64,000 nucleotides of DNA, taken from the NCBI GenBank assembly GCA_964270895.1, contig OZ185436.1; one strand, 5' to 3'. Numbering within the stretch: position 1 is the first letter of the stretch; each line of letters begins with the position of its first letter. The position numbers and the translations under genes are program-made. Below are positions 11,473 to 24,345 of the stretch, in pieces. The notes beneath the pieces were generated by a model. The model was not told where the DNA came from. It was given only the letters and a program-made list of their open reading frames with translations, and did not search any database. The stretch is from Podarcis filfolensis (taxonomy: Eukaryota).

Positions 11473-13987
11473 TTGGTTGGGGGACAGAAGGACATATGAT
11501 GCAGCTATATTTTTGAAGCTAAGCAGCCATATGCAGGCAATCTCTTGCCGAGTAGATCCCAATGCACCTTTTGCCCTCCTGTTTCATTGTATATGGCGTC
11601 CCCAAGGTATCTTCTCATTAGAATTAATTTGCTCATACATTGTGGTCACATCACGGCATTGAAAGTACAAATATTTTTATGGATTTTACAACCTTCTTTT
11701 GGGCAATCTTTGGATTTCATTGGCATTTGGAAAAATGTCATAATCATGTGGTCTCTTGGAAAAACAACATGCTTCTTGGTACGTGATGAGCATTATCGGA
11801 ATGTTCTTGGAAAATTCCTCCCCACCCACCCCCAACGTCCGTGTTTTTTTACTTTAAATACCCACCCACAGGGAAACAAAATGATCATTAGCCCATACAT
11901 TGGAATGCACAGGGTGCAACAATTTGGAACGAAGCCTTTGGAAATAACAGGAGAGGGAATTAAGCAGCGAACCAGTCTTCATGAATCATATGCTAACAAC
12001 AATGAGAGACACCGCATATAGAGGACATGAAAAAGTCACGTTGTGACTGGCAGTTAAGGCAGATGGCTTTATTTGTTCAAAAATAAATGCATCTGCTAAT
12101 ATTAGCCATAGATGGCTACTGACCTCTACATGTCTTGGCTAAACATCGTGGCAATGAAAACTTGGCAGATGCTCATTGAAGAAAATGCCACACAGACGCC
12201 ATTTAACACCCCATGACTTTGGGTGGCAGGCATGTACAGAACAAAATTAATACATCCATGGTATTAATTCAAATGTAATATATTTAACAGTGTGATCCTA
12301 TATGTATCTGCTCAGAAGTAAGCCCCATTTACTTACTCCCAGTGGGACTTACTCCCAGGTAAGCAAACTCTACCAGCTCTGTTTCCCCACTGTTACTTGC
12401 TGAAGATACAGTCGTATAAGGACATACACAATCCAACACAGTTTTAGTTGTTTTTATTACTATCGGGTTTTATAAACAGGAATAATGTTATACAAATAAG
12501 TATACCAAGTTTTCTCATGAATAAGAGAATCCAACACAGTTAATTTTTCTTAAGCCTATTAAAACAAGTGGATGAAAATTCTCAGGGAGTTGGGACTCCA
12601 TATCTTCTGCACACTGGCTTTAAAGAGATACCTGTATAATCTGTCACTCGTGGGCCAAGGCCAGTATACTCACTGGTCCACAAGTTGACAGACCAAGTGG
12701 AAAAGACTACTGTTCATATTGCTTACAGCTCTGTCACTGTTTCAAGGTGAATGTCAGTACCAACCAGAACCCAGAACTAGTCAAGGCAATTTAGACTCCA
12801 GCCCAAAATTTCCTTCTAGATAATGCCACAAGTGTTTATTCTGAACCACAAAAATTCAAGGAAAGGGCAGTTGTTTAGTCTTTTCTTTGCTATCTCACAC
12901 CAATGTATAATAACTTCCCTAACAGTACTCCACTAACCAAGGATGGAAAATAACTTGGACAACTGAATATGATATAAGGGAATCCATCATTTATCACTTC
13001 AGCAATGTACGCATGAAATAGTATTTGCAGAAGTAGCTCAAGGGAAGGTAGTTGATGAAGGCATAACAAACCAAGTCTGTGGCCGTGTTGTATCACTCCA
13101 AATGCCAAAACAAGAGGAGCTACTAATCTCACGCTACTAAAAACACGCATGTAACTCTATGCTATTGTTTATCTTTATTTGCTATAATTTTAAAACACTT
13201 TGCCTACTTTATGAGATTTTTTTGTTGCAGCTGTTGGACAACACTTGCACCCCTGACACATATCTCAACAAAGCCAAGGTGATGCATTGCCCACTTTGAA
13301 CAAATGGAAATACTGTAACAAATTGAGTGAAAATGGCCCCCCACCTACCCAGGAAACTGGGGTGGTTGTTTTTTTTTTGCAGAGGAACAATTTTCAGCAA
13401 TTTTGTGTGGGGAAATGAAATTCTTCAAGCGATTCACGGGTGGTAGCAGCTTTTCTTGTTGAACGTTTCTGTGTGTGTACTGCTGTAGGCATTGCTCTTC
13501 CATTGAGTTTAACTGAGCTGGCACAGGACCTTTGCTCCTAAGATTCTGTACTAAACTAAAAAAACAAGAGCATTCATAGCGGAATCAATCTTCCCCAACA
13601 GTAAGCTCCCAAGGGGGACATGTAGGCATTCCTATCACAAGAAAAGAGGCAGCCTCAGTCATGTGCTTATTTATTTCCTTAAAATCTGAAAAGCACCCAG
13701 ACATGTGATAAATTATGAAGCGTGATGTTGCCACAACACCCGATTTCAAAACATAGGGATACTGACTTGGCACTTGGACGAAGCTCTGTTGCTGACTGCA
13801 TTTAAGACGGCGAGGTTGTTTGTCTGCAAAAGAGTCCAAAACATCTGCCATAATCTTGTTTAATTGGGATTGGCACAAAGGGAACAATCCTTTTGGTTGT
13901 AGCTCAGAAGTCTCCTGTATTGTATATGTGAAGTTACATCTGTTTGGTTGTGAAATGGGAGGCTATCATACCCCAGATGGAGTAAGA

Positions 13988-14122
13988 CAGGCATGGCCAA
14001 ACTTGCCCTCCAGATGTTTTGGGACTACAATTCCCATCATCCCTGACCACTGGTTCTGTTAGCTAGGGGTGATAAGAGCTGTAGTCCCTAAACATCTGGA
14101 GGGCCAAGTTTGGCCATGCCTG
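13988..14122. mobile_element. hAT MITE (about 135-bp palindrome)
   Basis: CAGGCATGGCCAAACTT...AAGTTTGGCCATGCCTG; perfect 8-bp TSD GAGTAAGA at 13980-13987 and 14123-14130. Confidence 0.93.
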
Positions 14123-15973
14123 GAGTAAGAGCTAAATACCTGAGGGTACTTTCTCTATCCATTGTGTGCGAAAAGTAGGCACACATGGGGGCAATCAGAT
14201 TTCCTGCCAGCACATACACTTCCCCATTTCTAGACTGGTGTTTTAAAATTTCCCAGACCTACGACAAGCTGATGAGGCAACACCAAACAAAGTGGAAAAG
14301 GATTATTCACCCGGACTTGCCTTTTTAGAGACACCCTGTGTTGCACCAGGTTGGCTAGACTAGGTTGTGAACTTCTGATGAAAACAGTTTTCTCTAGTGG
14401 TTGCACTTCTTTTCCTGCTCTACAGTATCCTAAACTGATGGTGCCTGACAGGCATTAAATCTCATTGCATAGCTATTGAAACAAGAGCTTCGTGATACAT
14501 ATTTAATCCAGTAGATGAGTGAGATGAGAGAAGTGACTATCTATTGCATCCTCCCCCAGCCTGATGCCCTCCAAGTGTTTTGGACTATAACTCTCATCAG
14601 CCCCAGTCTGGAGGGCACCGGGTTGGGGAAAGCTGATCTTCTGCGTACTGTGTGTTTGTCTCTGACAGGCGCATTCTATTAATTTATTTCTGCTTTTGAT
14701 TTGATATACAGAGGGCATCAAGTATCCAGTCTTTCTCACTTCTTTACGCGTCTTCCATTCACTCTGACTGCCGCACAGCTAGAACTGGAGTTATATTAAA
14801 TTATTTGGCTGCAACATTGTTCTTCAGACAGTTGCACTCAGATGGGCATTGTTTGCTCAAACAGCAGATTATTCATTTTCCCCTATTGTGAAAGGTTTTT
14901 TGAAAGGTGCCAAAAACGACCTCCTCAGTATAACGATGCAATAAATCACGCACAACATGATTGCAAACTATTGCTTCTACTTATGTCTCCTTTGTGAAAC
15001 CACAAGGGAGCTAATTTAGCAATGGTATAAAACAGGCACAGATCCCACTGGCTTCAGTATAATACAGACCTATCCCTTGTACCAGTTTCTATTTTGCCCT
15101 AAAATGGATTCATCTCTTGCTGGGCTGTGAGGTATCAGTATTTTAAATGAAGCTGCAACTAATGCAGTATGTACAAATTTATACCAGTTAAGTAGGTGTG
15201 ACTTCCTGATCTATATATTAATGCCCAAACTGACATTTGCATCCGTCAATTCAGACATGATGGTGTACATGTTTTCTTTTCCTATATGGAGATGGACTTT
15301 GCATAGGAAAAGTGTCATGTGTGAAGCAGCCTTCAGAGGACACCAGACCATTCACTATAATTTAAATACTGTGCTCACTAACATTTCCAATCCAGCGCTA
15401 AACAGCCTCCTAAGAGCTGACTTCAGAGTTTACATCTTCTGAATTCCCCTTTCTTTTGTCTGAACTGGAGTACTAATCAGATATTGCTGTACTGTACATA
15501 TGAAGTTCTTTTGCTGACATGACTTCCATTTTGTTATGGTCTTGTGGCGAAGTGGTATTTTCACCACTCTGGCAGGGTCTGAAGTGTCCTCATTCTGCTT
15601 ACTGTTAGTCCCTCTGGTGTTTTGTCCAGATGACCAATCCTGCACAAGGAAGGAAGCCAAAGAATGTTGCTAATTCAGCTGCTGCTCTTAAGTTTTGCCA
15701 TCTCCTAAAAATGAGTTCCTGCAGAACATCTGAGAGCTGCTTGGGGCAAGTGAGGAAATGTGTTTTAACAATTTAGCAAGAGCTACTTACAACACCTCAT
15801 CATTCAAGTCATGGAATAACATCAATTGCTGGGTACAAAATCTATGGCAGAATTGCGAAGTAATCAACAAGATTCAATGTTTGACTCAAGCTTTTAGATA
15901 GAGATGAAGAGACAAAAGGGATGGATTCAAACAACTTTAGTCTCAAAGAAAAATAGCAAAACCAACAAATATC

Positions 15974-16130
15974 TTTGTGGCACCTTGAAGACTAACTAAC
16001 ATGATGACATTAGCTTTTGTAGAGTAGAGTCCGATGAAGTCTCTGGTCCGCAAGACTAAATTGGTTAGTTCTGAAGGTGCCACAAGGTTACTTGTTTTTG
16101 TTGCTGCAGACTACCACAACTACTACTTGG
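15974..16130. mobile_element. Penelope-like element remnant in inverted arrangement
   Basis: Arms ttgtggcaccttgaagactaac (15975-15996) and gttagttctgaaggtgccacaa (16064-16085), followed by ttgtttttgttgctgcagacta, typical of reptile Penelope ends (family recognition from memory). Confidence 0.7.
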
Positions 16131-16785
16131 TAAATAGAAAGACAGAAAGATAAAAGAGAAGAGACAGTCACATGTTTGGATTCTGAGTCTTGTACACCAT
16201 TCAGACGTGTTGTCTTATTAGATAAGCAGCTGAAATTCCTTGGCTTCATACTCTGAACAAGATCCATTTCCCCCCTGTAAGATCCCTGTAATTCCTGCCT
16301 CGTATCACGTTAAAAGTACATATTGTCACACACAAAAGCAGACAAAGAACACAAGAAATCCCAAAGTAAAAACATTTCTGATTTGGTTGGGGCTTTTGAA
16401 GAAGGTTCAGAATATTAAGAACGACTATTTTGCTTGAGAATGTTCCTTTCACTACAGAGGGGACTGTAGTGTATCCTCTACTAATGTGAGTATGGAGGAG
16501 ACCTTTCTGTTTGAGGTGACCTTTCAGTTTGCTTGCCCTAAGACTAAGAAGCAGCAGGACCAAGGTAACTTCAATAACCTTCTTGATTCTGGAGCAGCAG
16601 AAACACACAGAGAGAAACCTATCAGGTTGAATTATACAAACTAACAACTAGGTACGGTGGATAAATTCAGTTTGGTTCACATTTTAATACAAACAAACTG
16701 AATACACACTTATGGGTGCAACATGAACAAAAAGACAGTTATCCCTCAAAATGCACACTTCAACCAGAAAATGTGCATGAAGTGC

Positions 16786-16975
16786 AAGGGTTCCCAAACT
16801 GAGGTCCGGGGTCCATCAGTTGCCCGTGAGCTTCATTCAAATGGTACGTGGCCTGTTTGTAAAAATACATTTAGCATTCATGCAGCAACTAGTATAGCAC
16901 ATGCCAATTGCTACAATGGGCAGGTAAGTTATTAAGTGGCCCACCAAGACCCTGAGCAATTTTCAAGTGGTCCAT
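16786..16975. mobile_element. hAT/Charlie-like MITE fragment
   Basis: Begins caagggttcccaaactgaggtcc; right end degenerate. Confidence 0.4.
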
Positions 16976-18173
16976 GGGTAGGTGGCGAGGGTGTGTGTGC
17001 TTTCGGAACCTTGAGCACCTTGGAAGAACGATGGGATATAAATATAAGATGTAAATAATAATAAATAAAAATAGCTTGCCTGATCCAGCCAGTCATTCCT
17101 CACCAAGCAGCGACCATTAGTCACCTCACGTTTGTACGCATATAGGAAGAAAGGCAGGTTCTAACTGGAGTAAATGAAAGAATGAAGAAGCAAGCGGTTT
17201 TTTCTGTGCAGACATTCATTCCTTTTCAGCCATTTTGCGAGACTGAGATCATTAATAACAGCCCTGAAAACAGGATGCAGAAATTAAACCTCTTTGTTAT
17301 AGTAAAGCTGAACCACTCCATAAGTAAGTTTTCTTTCCTGTTATACTTCTATTTTTCCTCTGTGCTGTACATTCACCCATTGTATCTGGACTGCTTTAAT
17401 TCTGACATTAATTCCCGAAATACCTAAAGGATGTGTTGTATGGAATATACATTGTGGGGAATGTTACTAATACATATTTTTTAAAAAATCATTTTCTCTC
17501 TTTCCCCCACCCCAATTTCTCCTGCTGTACAACAACAGAAGGACACCATGTCCTCAGTAATTCTTGGGAACAGAGGACCCTCTGCACTGGAGTTGTATTT
17601 GTGTTTCAGCCTAGCAAGAAAGAGACAAAGTTATACAATCGTCTGGTTTCAAAAATGCTTTCGAAACACTGCAGATATTTCTGTGGTATTCAGTGGATTC
17701 AGACTATACCAGCCACTGTTGAGCTGCTTTGCTCATCACAGGGATGCAACAATTTAAGAGGAAAAAATCAAAATACTTTCTGTGAGTGCAGCAAGGGAAA
17801 TATTTAAATCAGACCTTGAGGCAGTAGAGGCTGATCTGTTAGGGCAAATGGAGCCGTGCACCAACAACCACAGTCTGTCCTTGGCCAGCTTCTACCTACC
17901 CACCTTCTTGCTAAGAACCAAGCCCTTGTAAAACTCATCATTGCCTCTGTCTCCCCCTACTGTTGGCCTTCCTGCTTCCTGCCCTACCAGTCCCAGCTGG
18001 CACCAGCTGCCACTGCTATGGGGGGGGGGGCTGGGGGCGGGGAAGAAGTAGAGCACCTAAAAGTGAAGTCGCTTCCTCTTCTAAATCTGCAATCTAGCAT
18101 CGATTTGGCTGATGCCTGAACACTACTGCCCTTCATTGATTATTAAGCAGCAATGAATTAACACACATCAAAT

Positions 18174-18409
18174 ACACCAGACCATAAGACGCACCTAGTT
18201 TTTGGAGGAGGAAAACAAAACAAAACAAAATATTCTGAATCTCAGAAGCCAGAACAGCAAGCGGGATTGCTACGCAGCAAAAGCAGCGATCCCTCTTCCT
18301 GTTCTGGCTTCTGGGATAGCTGCGCAGCCTGCATTCGCTCCATAAGACGCACACACATTTCCCCTTACTTTTTAGGGGGGAAAAGTGAGTCATAGAGCAA
18401 AAAATACGG
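18174..18409. mobile_element. Tc1/mariner (Tc2/pogo-like) MITE, left end truncated
   Basis: Right TIR GAGCAAAAAATACGG followed by TA; interior nearly identical to 28752-29010 and 61056-61312. Confidence 0.88.
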
Positions 18410-20037
18410 TAATCTTTTTGTGTGGGTGGTGGGGAACTGGCTTGTATCCAAATGAGGTTTTGCTGAAGTGGAGCACCTTCTTGCATTTGTGAAATGCAGG
18501 CTGCTGATTTTTACTGATCCCCGCTACCCACTAAGCCCCAACCAATAGGAATCCTGACTGAGTTGCTACTGTTTGTGCCTAGGTGGTGGTTTGGTAATGT
18601 TGAGGGTCCCCACTTTGCGTGAACAGAAGTACTCCTCACTTTTGCAAAAGCATTTTTGGATACAAGCCAATGTGGTAGCAGTATGGATAGTAGCGTTCCA
18701 AATAATTCAGGTAGCTGACCGTGGTACCTCCTTTGATAAATGTGTAATTAAAACCTGTTCTCTTTCTCTTGCAGAAACCACAGCAGAAAGCATGTTAACA
18801 CATCCCTTAAAACACAATGGAATGTTAAGCTGTTTTGAGGTTTGCTGGTTTAAATTATAGCGTTCCAGCTGGTGAAGTGTGGGAAAAAGAGGACTCCAGC
18901 AACACAATATACTTTTCTCAGACTGGGTGTGTAAAATACAGTGTTTACCCGAAATCTGGATGGCAACTAATATTGAACAGGGCATGTTGTTATCATGATT
19001 TAAGACAATGATAGCCATATGTCCTAAATGCAAAGAATCCGCACACGGATTGCATCTGTTTAGCAACAAGCACTGACCATTTGACTCATTTGTAACCTGG
19101 GACCGATTATATTTTTTTCTGTTGGTGTTTTATTGAAGAGGGAAACAAATGGCTATGAGATAATTTCCCCAGAAAATATGCAGGGCACTTTGGAACTTTG
19201 CTGTTCTGATCTCAGACATCTTGTGATGTGAACGGTTTCATTTCTTTAAAAGCTCACTTTAGCATGCCCGCCGGGTGACATGCAGAAAGTTCATTTGGGT
19301 GAGTATGTTGTTACTGTGTGGAAAAAATACCTTGCTATTAGCAGTCCTCTTAAAGTTCATAATTACAAGGAGCCCAATTAGTTTAAACATTCTTGGAAGG
19401 AGGAGAGTCATGGACACCAATCACAGCTCAGACAAAACTTAGCAAATGCCATAAGGGTGATTTGTAAGGTTGTAGTAGGGGAACTGTAGGCAAGCCTGGG
19501 TGGATCTGAAGCCTTGAGGGAAAAGGAATTCTACAGCCCTTGTACTTTCCATGACAAAGCACAGGGAAGCTTCCCAAATCAATAAAGTCTCTAAAGGGCC
19601 TTTTTAGCTTACGACAAGGCCAAAAATCCTTCTTCCCCAAAACCCCAGTGTTAAATGCAAGTAAGACATGCTGTTACAACTGTAAAAGAAGCATATAATT
19701 TACATTTAATACTGATGCTTTGGGGAGGGAATTTTAGAGAATTAGGACTTGCATCACACACACACACGTACCATTGTTTTCAACACAAAATTCTAACCCT
19801 CCACCATACTACAAAGATGCTGTGGGGAGATGGGGCTTTTTCTAATAGGAAAAACCAGGAACAGTAGATTATCTAGAGTATTTAAAACATGTTTAATGCT
19901 TCAGTTCTGAAAACTGAGCACAAACATATGGGAGTTCCATTCTTTGTTGTTGTACAAGGAAAGCAAACACAACATACTTGATGCTCAGATTCAGCTACAT
20001 TAGGAAAGAAACAACGCTTTGAATGCACTATAAACAT

Positions 20038-20056
20038 GCAGCACCAGATGGCGCCA
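20038..20056 (+). promoter_or_regulatory. Candidate CTCF site
   Basis: GCAGCACCAGATGGCGCCA matches the CCASYAGRKGGCRS core except at the first C. TGCACTAT at 20024-20031 resembles the ZF9-11 upstream motif. Confidence 0.5.
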
Positions 20057-22320
20057 GAGAGCAGAAAAAAAATTATACACGATTTTCCATAGGGTTCTTT
20101 TTTCTTTTGTTATAACGATCCTATTTCTGACTTTTTTATAGCGTTTTCTCCCCTGTGTGTAGATCCATCCCAGGAGTGGGCAAACCAGAGGCCTGTATTC
20201 AGAGTATGGGACCTCCCAACCTGGCCTGCAACATCCCCTTCTTCTCCTGCCGTACTGCCCTGGAGTCAAAAACAATTTTTAAAAATGAGTCAAGTTATGC
20301 TAGAATAAAATGAAAGGCTACAATTAGTCAGATTTTTTAAAATAGCAGATAATTTGCCGCCTTGATACACAGTGTTAAATCCAAGCGGGGTCCTAATTTA
20401 GAGGACTTTTCCTGAATTTCCCCCACCTTAAACTCTAAATATATGTACGATCAGCCACATGCCTAATCCAGTGGATAAAATGGGTGTGCATAGGCAAAGG
20501 GTGGTAGGTGAGTGCTGGAGCAAATGCTTTGCCCGCAAAAGGTAACAGACATTTTGCTAATGGCTGCTTAACCCTTCCACAGTGAGCAGCATTTGTGGCC
20601 CGCCACAGCTCCTCCTCAGCCCTGTGGAGCCTCACCATTTTTCTGCAACCATGGTTGCTCCCTCCTGACCACTGCAGAGCATCACAGGCATCACCAGGCC
20701 CGCAGTTTGAATTGGCCAATCTGCAGCGGCCGGAGGGGAGGGGCTTGAGGAGCAGACCTGAGGGACGCAGTCTTCCCTCAGGTCCACTCCCCGGGCATAA
20801 AAGTAGGCCGGGGCTGCCCTAAGCAGATGACATTTTGCTAATGTAGCTGTTTAAAACTGAGCAGAAGGAAACTGTTAAAGTAAAGGGACTTTCATGGCGG
20901 GGGCTTTCCCATTGTGACGGGCCAGAACTGGAGCCTGAGCTGTTAGCATCTTTGCTAAGTAGATGTTTTAGGGGAAGAAATAACATTTGGAACATTAGTT
21001 CTTGAATGCCCCCTCCCCCCGCCAAATCAGAGACAGATTCAAAACAGCAAAGCAGACATTTTCCAGTTCAATTTCTGCAGACCAGATTTTATATGGTTGC
21101 GGTCCCACACTGAAAATACATGGCACTCTTGCTGTTCGGGACTGGATCGAACTCCCTAGTTCATGTTAGCAGAGTCAAGCAGATGGAGTCCAGAGACAAA
21201 TCCTGATAACACTTTACTGAGAAAAACTCAACAAGACTCAGCGTATAATTTGAGGAGAATGGTCTTCTACATAGCCGGGAGAGACATATGAACAAGCATA
21301 CTTACCCTCAGAACTAAACAGGCAACCAGAGCATGTGAGCATCATACCACTCTGCCTGGTTGGTAAGCAACACCTCCACACACTCCTTGGCAGTGGCAGA
21401 CTTTGGGCTCTCAAATTACAGTGCCGCCCTGTACAACACTAAAATTCAGTGCCCCTCCTGCTTCTCGTGCTCCGTCCTACAGCGTTGTTGTGGTGCCCCC
21501 TGCAGCATGGCACCCAGTACAGGTGAACCGGTTGTGCTTCCCTAAAACCCCTCTGCTCTTGGGTAGTTAACACTGGGAGCAGAATTAACCCTTAAAATAC
21601 ACACACAGTGCAAGAGCCCATTCCTGCTCCATATAACACAACAGGGACAAGAAGGTTAGAGAAAGCCTGAGGGATTGGTATTCAGATCTTTGCCTGGTCT
21701 GCTTCTCTTGGCTCAGCAGTTCTGGTTTCTCTCTTGCTGTATAGCAGAAAACCGAGCAGAGAGTTGGCTGCCAGCCAGCAGATGTATATTAAAGACTGAT
21801 AGCAGAACTATTCCCAAGTACTACTTGCTGAGAAATAAATATAGCATTCTAAAAAAGAATAATGAATCCGCATTTCTTAAAACATTGGTCTAAAAGCCAA
21901 CCAAACTGTTTCATAGTCACTGAAGTAAGATAAAATACAGTGCGTTTAGTGTCCTCCATGGTAAAATGATTGGAAATCCTGTGGAACTCATATTATCCAA
22001 GCCTCATAAATCTAAGGATCGATTCACCTCACCCTTGCAACATGTTAGAAAGTGGACTGAAGCAATCGCAGTAGTCCTTCTTCTCAGGCTGGATGAGTGC
22101 AAGTGTACATATTCTTGCAAACTCTCTGCAAATGCATGGAATTAATGTTCATGAGATGCACTTCCGGTGGGCTAGACCTGGCCTTCTGGCTTGGCTAGAT
22201 TTCACCTATGGCTTTTTCTGAAGGCCCACTCCAGTGTAATTCCTGCATAAACAGCATTTCTGTTTATCTTATCCTTTATCTGAATCATGCGGAATGCAAA
22301 AATTGTACCTGGAGGAGTAG

Positions 22321-22565
22321 AAGAGAAGAAGAGTTTGGATTTGATATCCCGCTTTATCACTACCCGAAGGAGTCTCAAAGCGGCTAACAATCTCCTTTCC
22401 CTTCCTCCCCCACAACAAACACTCTGTGAGGTGAGTGAGGCTGAGAGACTTCAGAGAAGTGTGACTAGACCAAGGTCACCCAGCAACTGCATGTGGAGGA
22501 GCGGGGAAGCAAACTCGGTTCACCAGATTACGAGTCCACCGCTCTTAACCACTACACCATGCTGG
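22321..22565 (-). mobile_element. Squam3-type tRNA-derived SINE, near full length
   Basis: The minus strand starts CCAGCATGGTGTAGTGGTTAAGAGCGGTGGACTCGTAATCTGGTGAACCGAGTT (A and B boxes) and ends GGGATATCAAATCCAAACTCTTCTTC. Confidence 0.88.
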
Positions 22566-23879
22566 TGTAGTGGCACCTTCTCTCCTGAACTTCTTCTCCA
22601 ACCATGAATAAAAGTGAACTGAAGAGATCCCTGCCTGTCCATGTCTATATCTGAATTTTTGGTGGTGTCTTAGAGAGTGTAGGTGTAAATTATTGGATTA
22701 TGTAAGGATTCCCAGTGGTGTTCAAACTTGCCCATTATATGGATGTGACATTTTAAAGTGGTAACAGCACTGTTACATGGTTATATTTGGCACATGAAGC
22801 TAAGAGACTAGGTTTACTTCATCCATACATATCTGTTTGGACTTGTGTTCAATTCTCTTAAATCACCAAAGAAGAAAATTGTTTGGCTCTTTTCTATTAT
22901 ACACTGGTGTTTATCATATATAAGCATTTGTTTGTTAGTGACTTTCTTTCATTTTCATGCCTCTAGGTATTTGTTTTGAGTTTTACATGGTTGTAAAAAT
23001 TTATTTAGTTGTACAGTATTTGAGATGTCTTTTCTCTATCCATATTTTATTTCCCAACTTGTTTGCTGTTGTTTTGGCTTTTGAGGTTGGATTACATCCA
23101 TCTCTTTCTGTTTCTTCACAGGATCCTCTTGATCTTGTAAATTCAATGCCACATTCTAGAGGAGAATTGGGGAGAAGCAGGGGACAGATCAAGGAGGACA
23201 GGCAGAAGCCTGGGAGACCCAATTCCAAACTCCCTGTGGTACAATCTGGGATGGGTGGAATGCCATATTTTTTGAACTGGCCGTTGGATGAATGAAGCTA
23301 CACTGTCAATTTGCTTGCAGGGACTTTCTGTAATCTTCCCACCATCTCTTGCTCCCCACCCCCCAAGTGCATGGCGTTTTTGGCCTGCATATATGTGATT
23401 TCCGACCCACCCCTTCTCAAAACATTTCCCCAGCAAAATGCAGATTCATTTGTTATAGTTAAGGCTGCATTTTTGTTCGGCCTGTTTGGCAGGCTTCCTT
23501 TGCGCTTTCTGGCAGGCAATGGCCAGCTGAGATTTAGCACTAACAAATGGAGGATCTGCTGACACAACAGAATGGCTTTAATAATCTCTGCAGCGAGCGG
23601 GACAAGATACTCCGAAGTGCTGCCAGCTCTTCCCATCGCAAGAGCCAATGGGGCTGCGGCTTCCCCTTTCCCTCCCCTGCCTCTGGAGAATGCCGCTCTC
23701 TCGCTCTCTTGAAGTTTCCACTGACCAGAGAGCTCTCTTGGGTAGCTGGGTTTAATGCAATGAGCTAGAGATGTTCATCATGGCCAAGCATGGTAGGAAA
23801 AAGTGCCCAACGCCATTCAAGGAAGACAGCGTCGATGTAAACGGAACTCCAAAGAAAGTTCTATAAAATATGGATCCAC

Positions 23880-24025
23880 AGTACACAACATACATTTAAA
23901 TCATGTTTCTTCTGCTCACCCAAGAATCCTGGGAACTGTAGATTTGCTCTGTGAGGGGTGGACTACAGTTCCCAGCACTGTCTGGGGGAAGAGTTGTGTT
24001 ATAAATGTATGATGTGTATGCAGCC
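23880..24025. mobile_element. Palindromic MITE (GGGAACTGTAG/CTACAGTTCCC family)
   Basis: Internal inverted repeat ctgggaactgtag...ctacagttcccag; ends catacatttaaa / ttataaatgtatg. Confidence 0.6.
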
Positions 24026-24149
24026 AAAGACTGTGCTCTTTATCCTTACAGCTCTCGCTCTCTCATTATATATAACTGGGCTGGAAATGTTCCACATGCC
24101 TTTCTTAAATGTTGACACTGAAGGCATCGGCTGACAATGTAAACTAATA

Positions 24150-24345
24150 TAATCTACACCATACATTTAAAGCATCTTTTTGGTACTTTAACAGCCACAA
24201 CTTCCCCCAAGGAATTCTGGGAACAGTAGAATGCTGAGCGACGCCTCATAGAGCTATAATTCCCAGCACCTTTAACAAACTACAGTCCTCACAATTCTTG
24301 ACTGTTAAAGTAGCATAATGATGTTTTAAATTTATGGCATGAATG
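24150..24345. mobile_element. Palindromic MITE, same family as 23880-24025
   Basis: caccatacatttaaagca...ttttaaatttatggcatg, with an internal gggaacagtag / aaactacagtcc pair. Confidence 0.55.

Noticed and set aside
12890-16647. Hydrophobic or protein-looking minus-strand ORFs (12890-13150, 13585-13887, 15430-15660, 16246-16647) and 1758-1991
   Set aside because: No recognisable family, no consistent exon chain or phases, and lengths within chance expectation for six frames of 64 kb.
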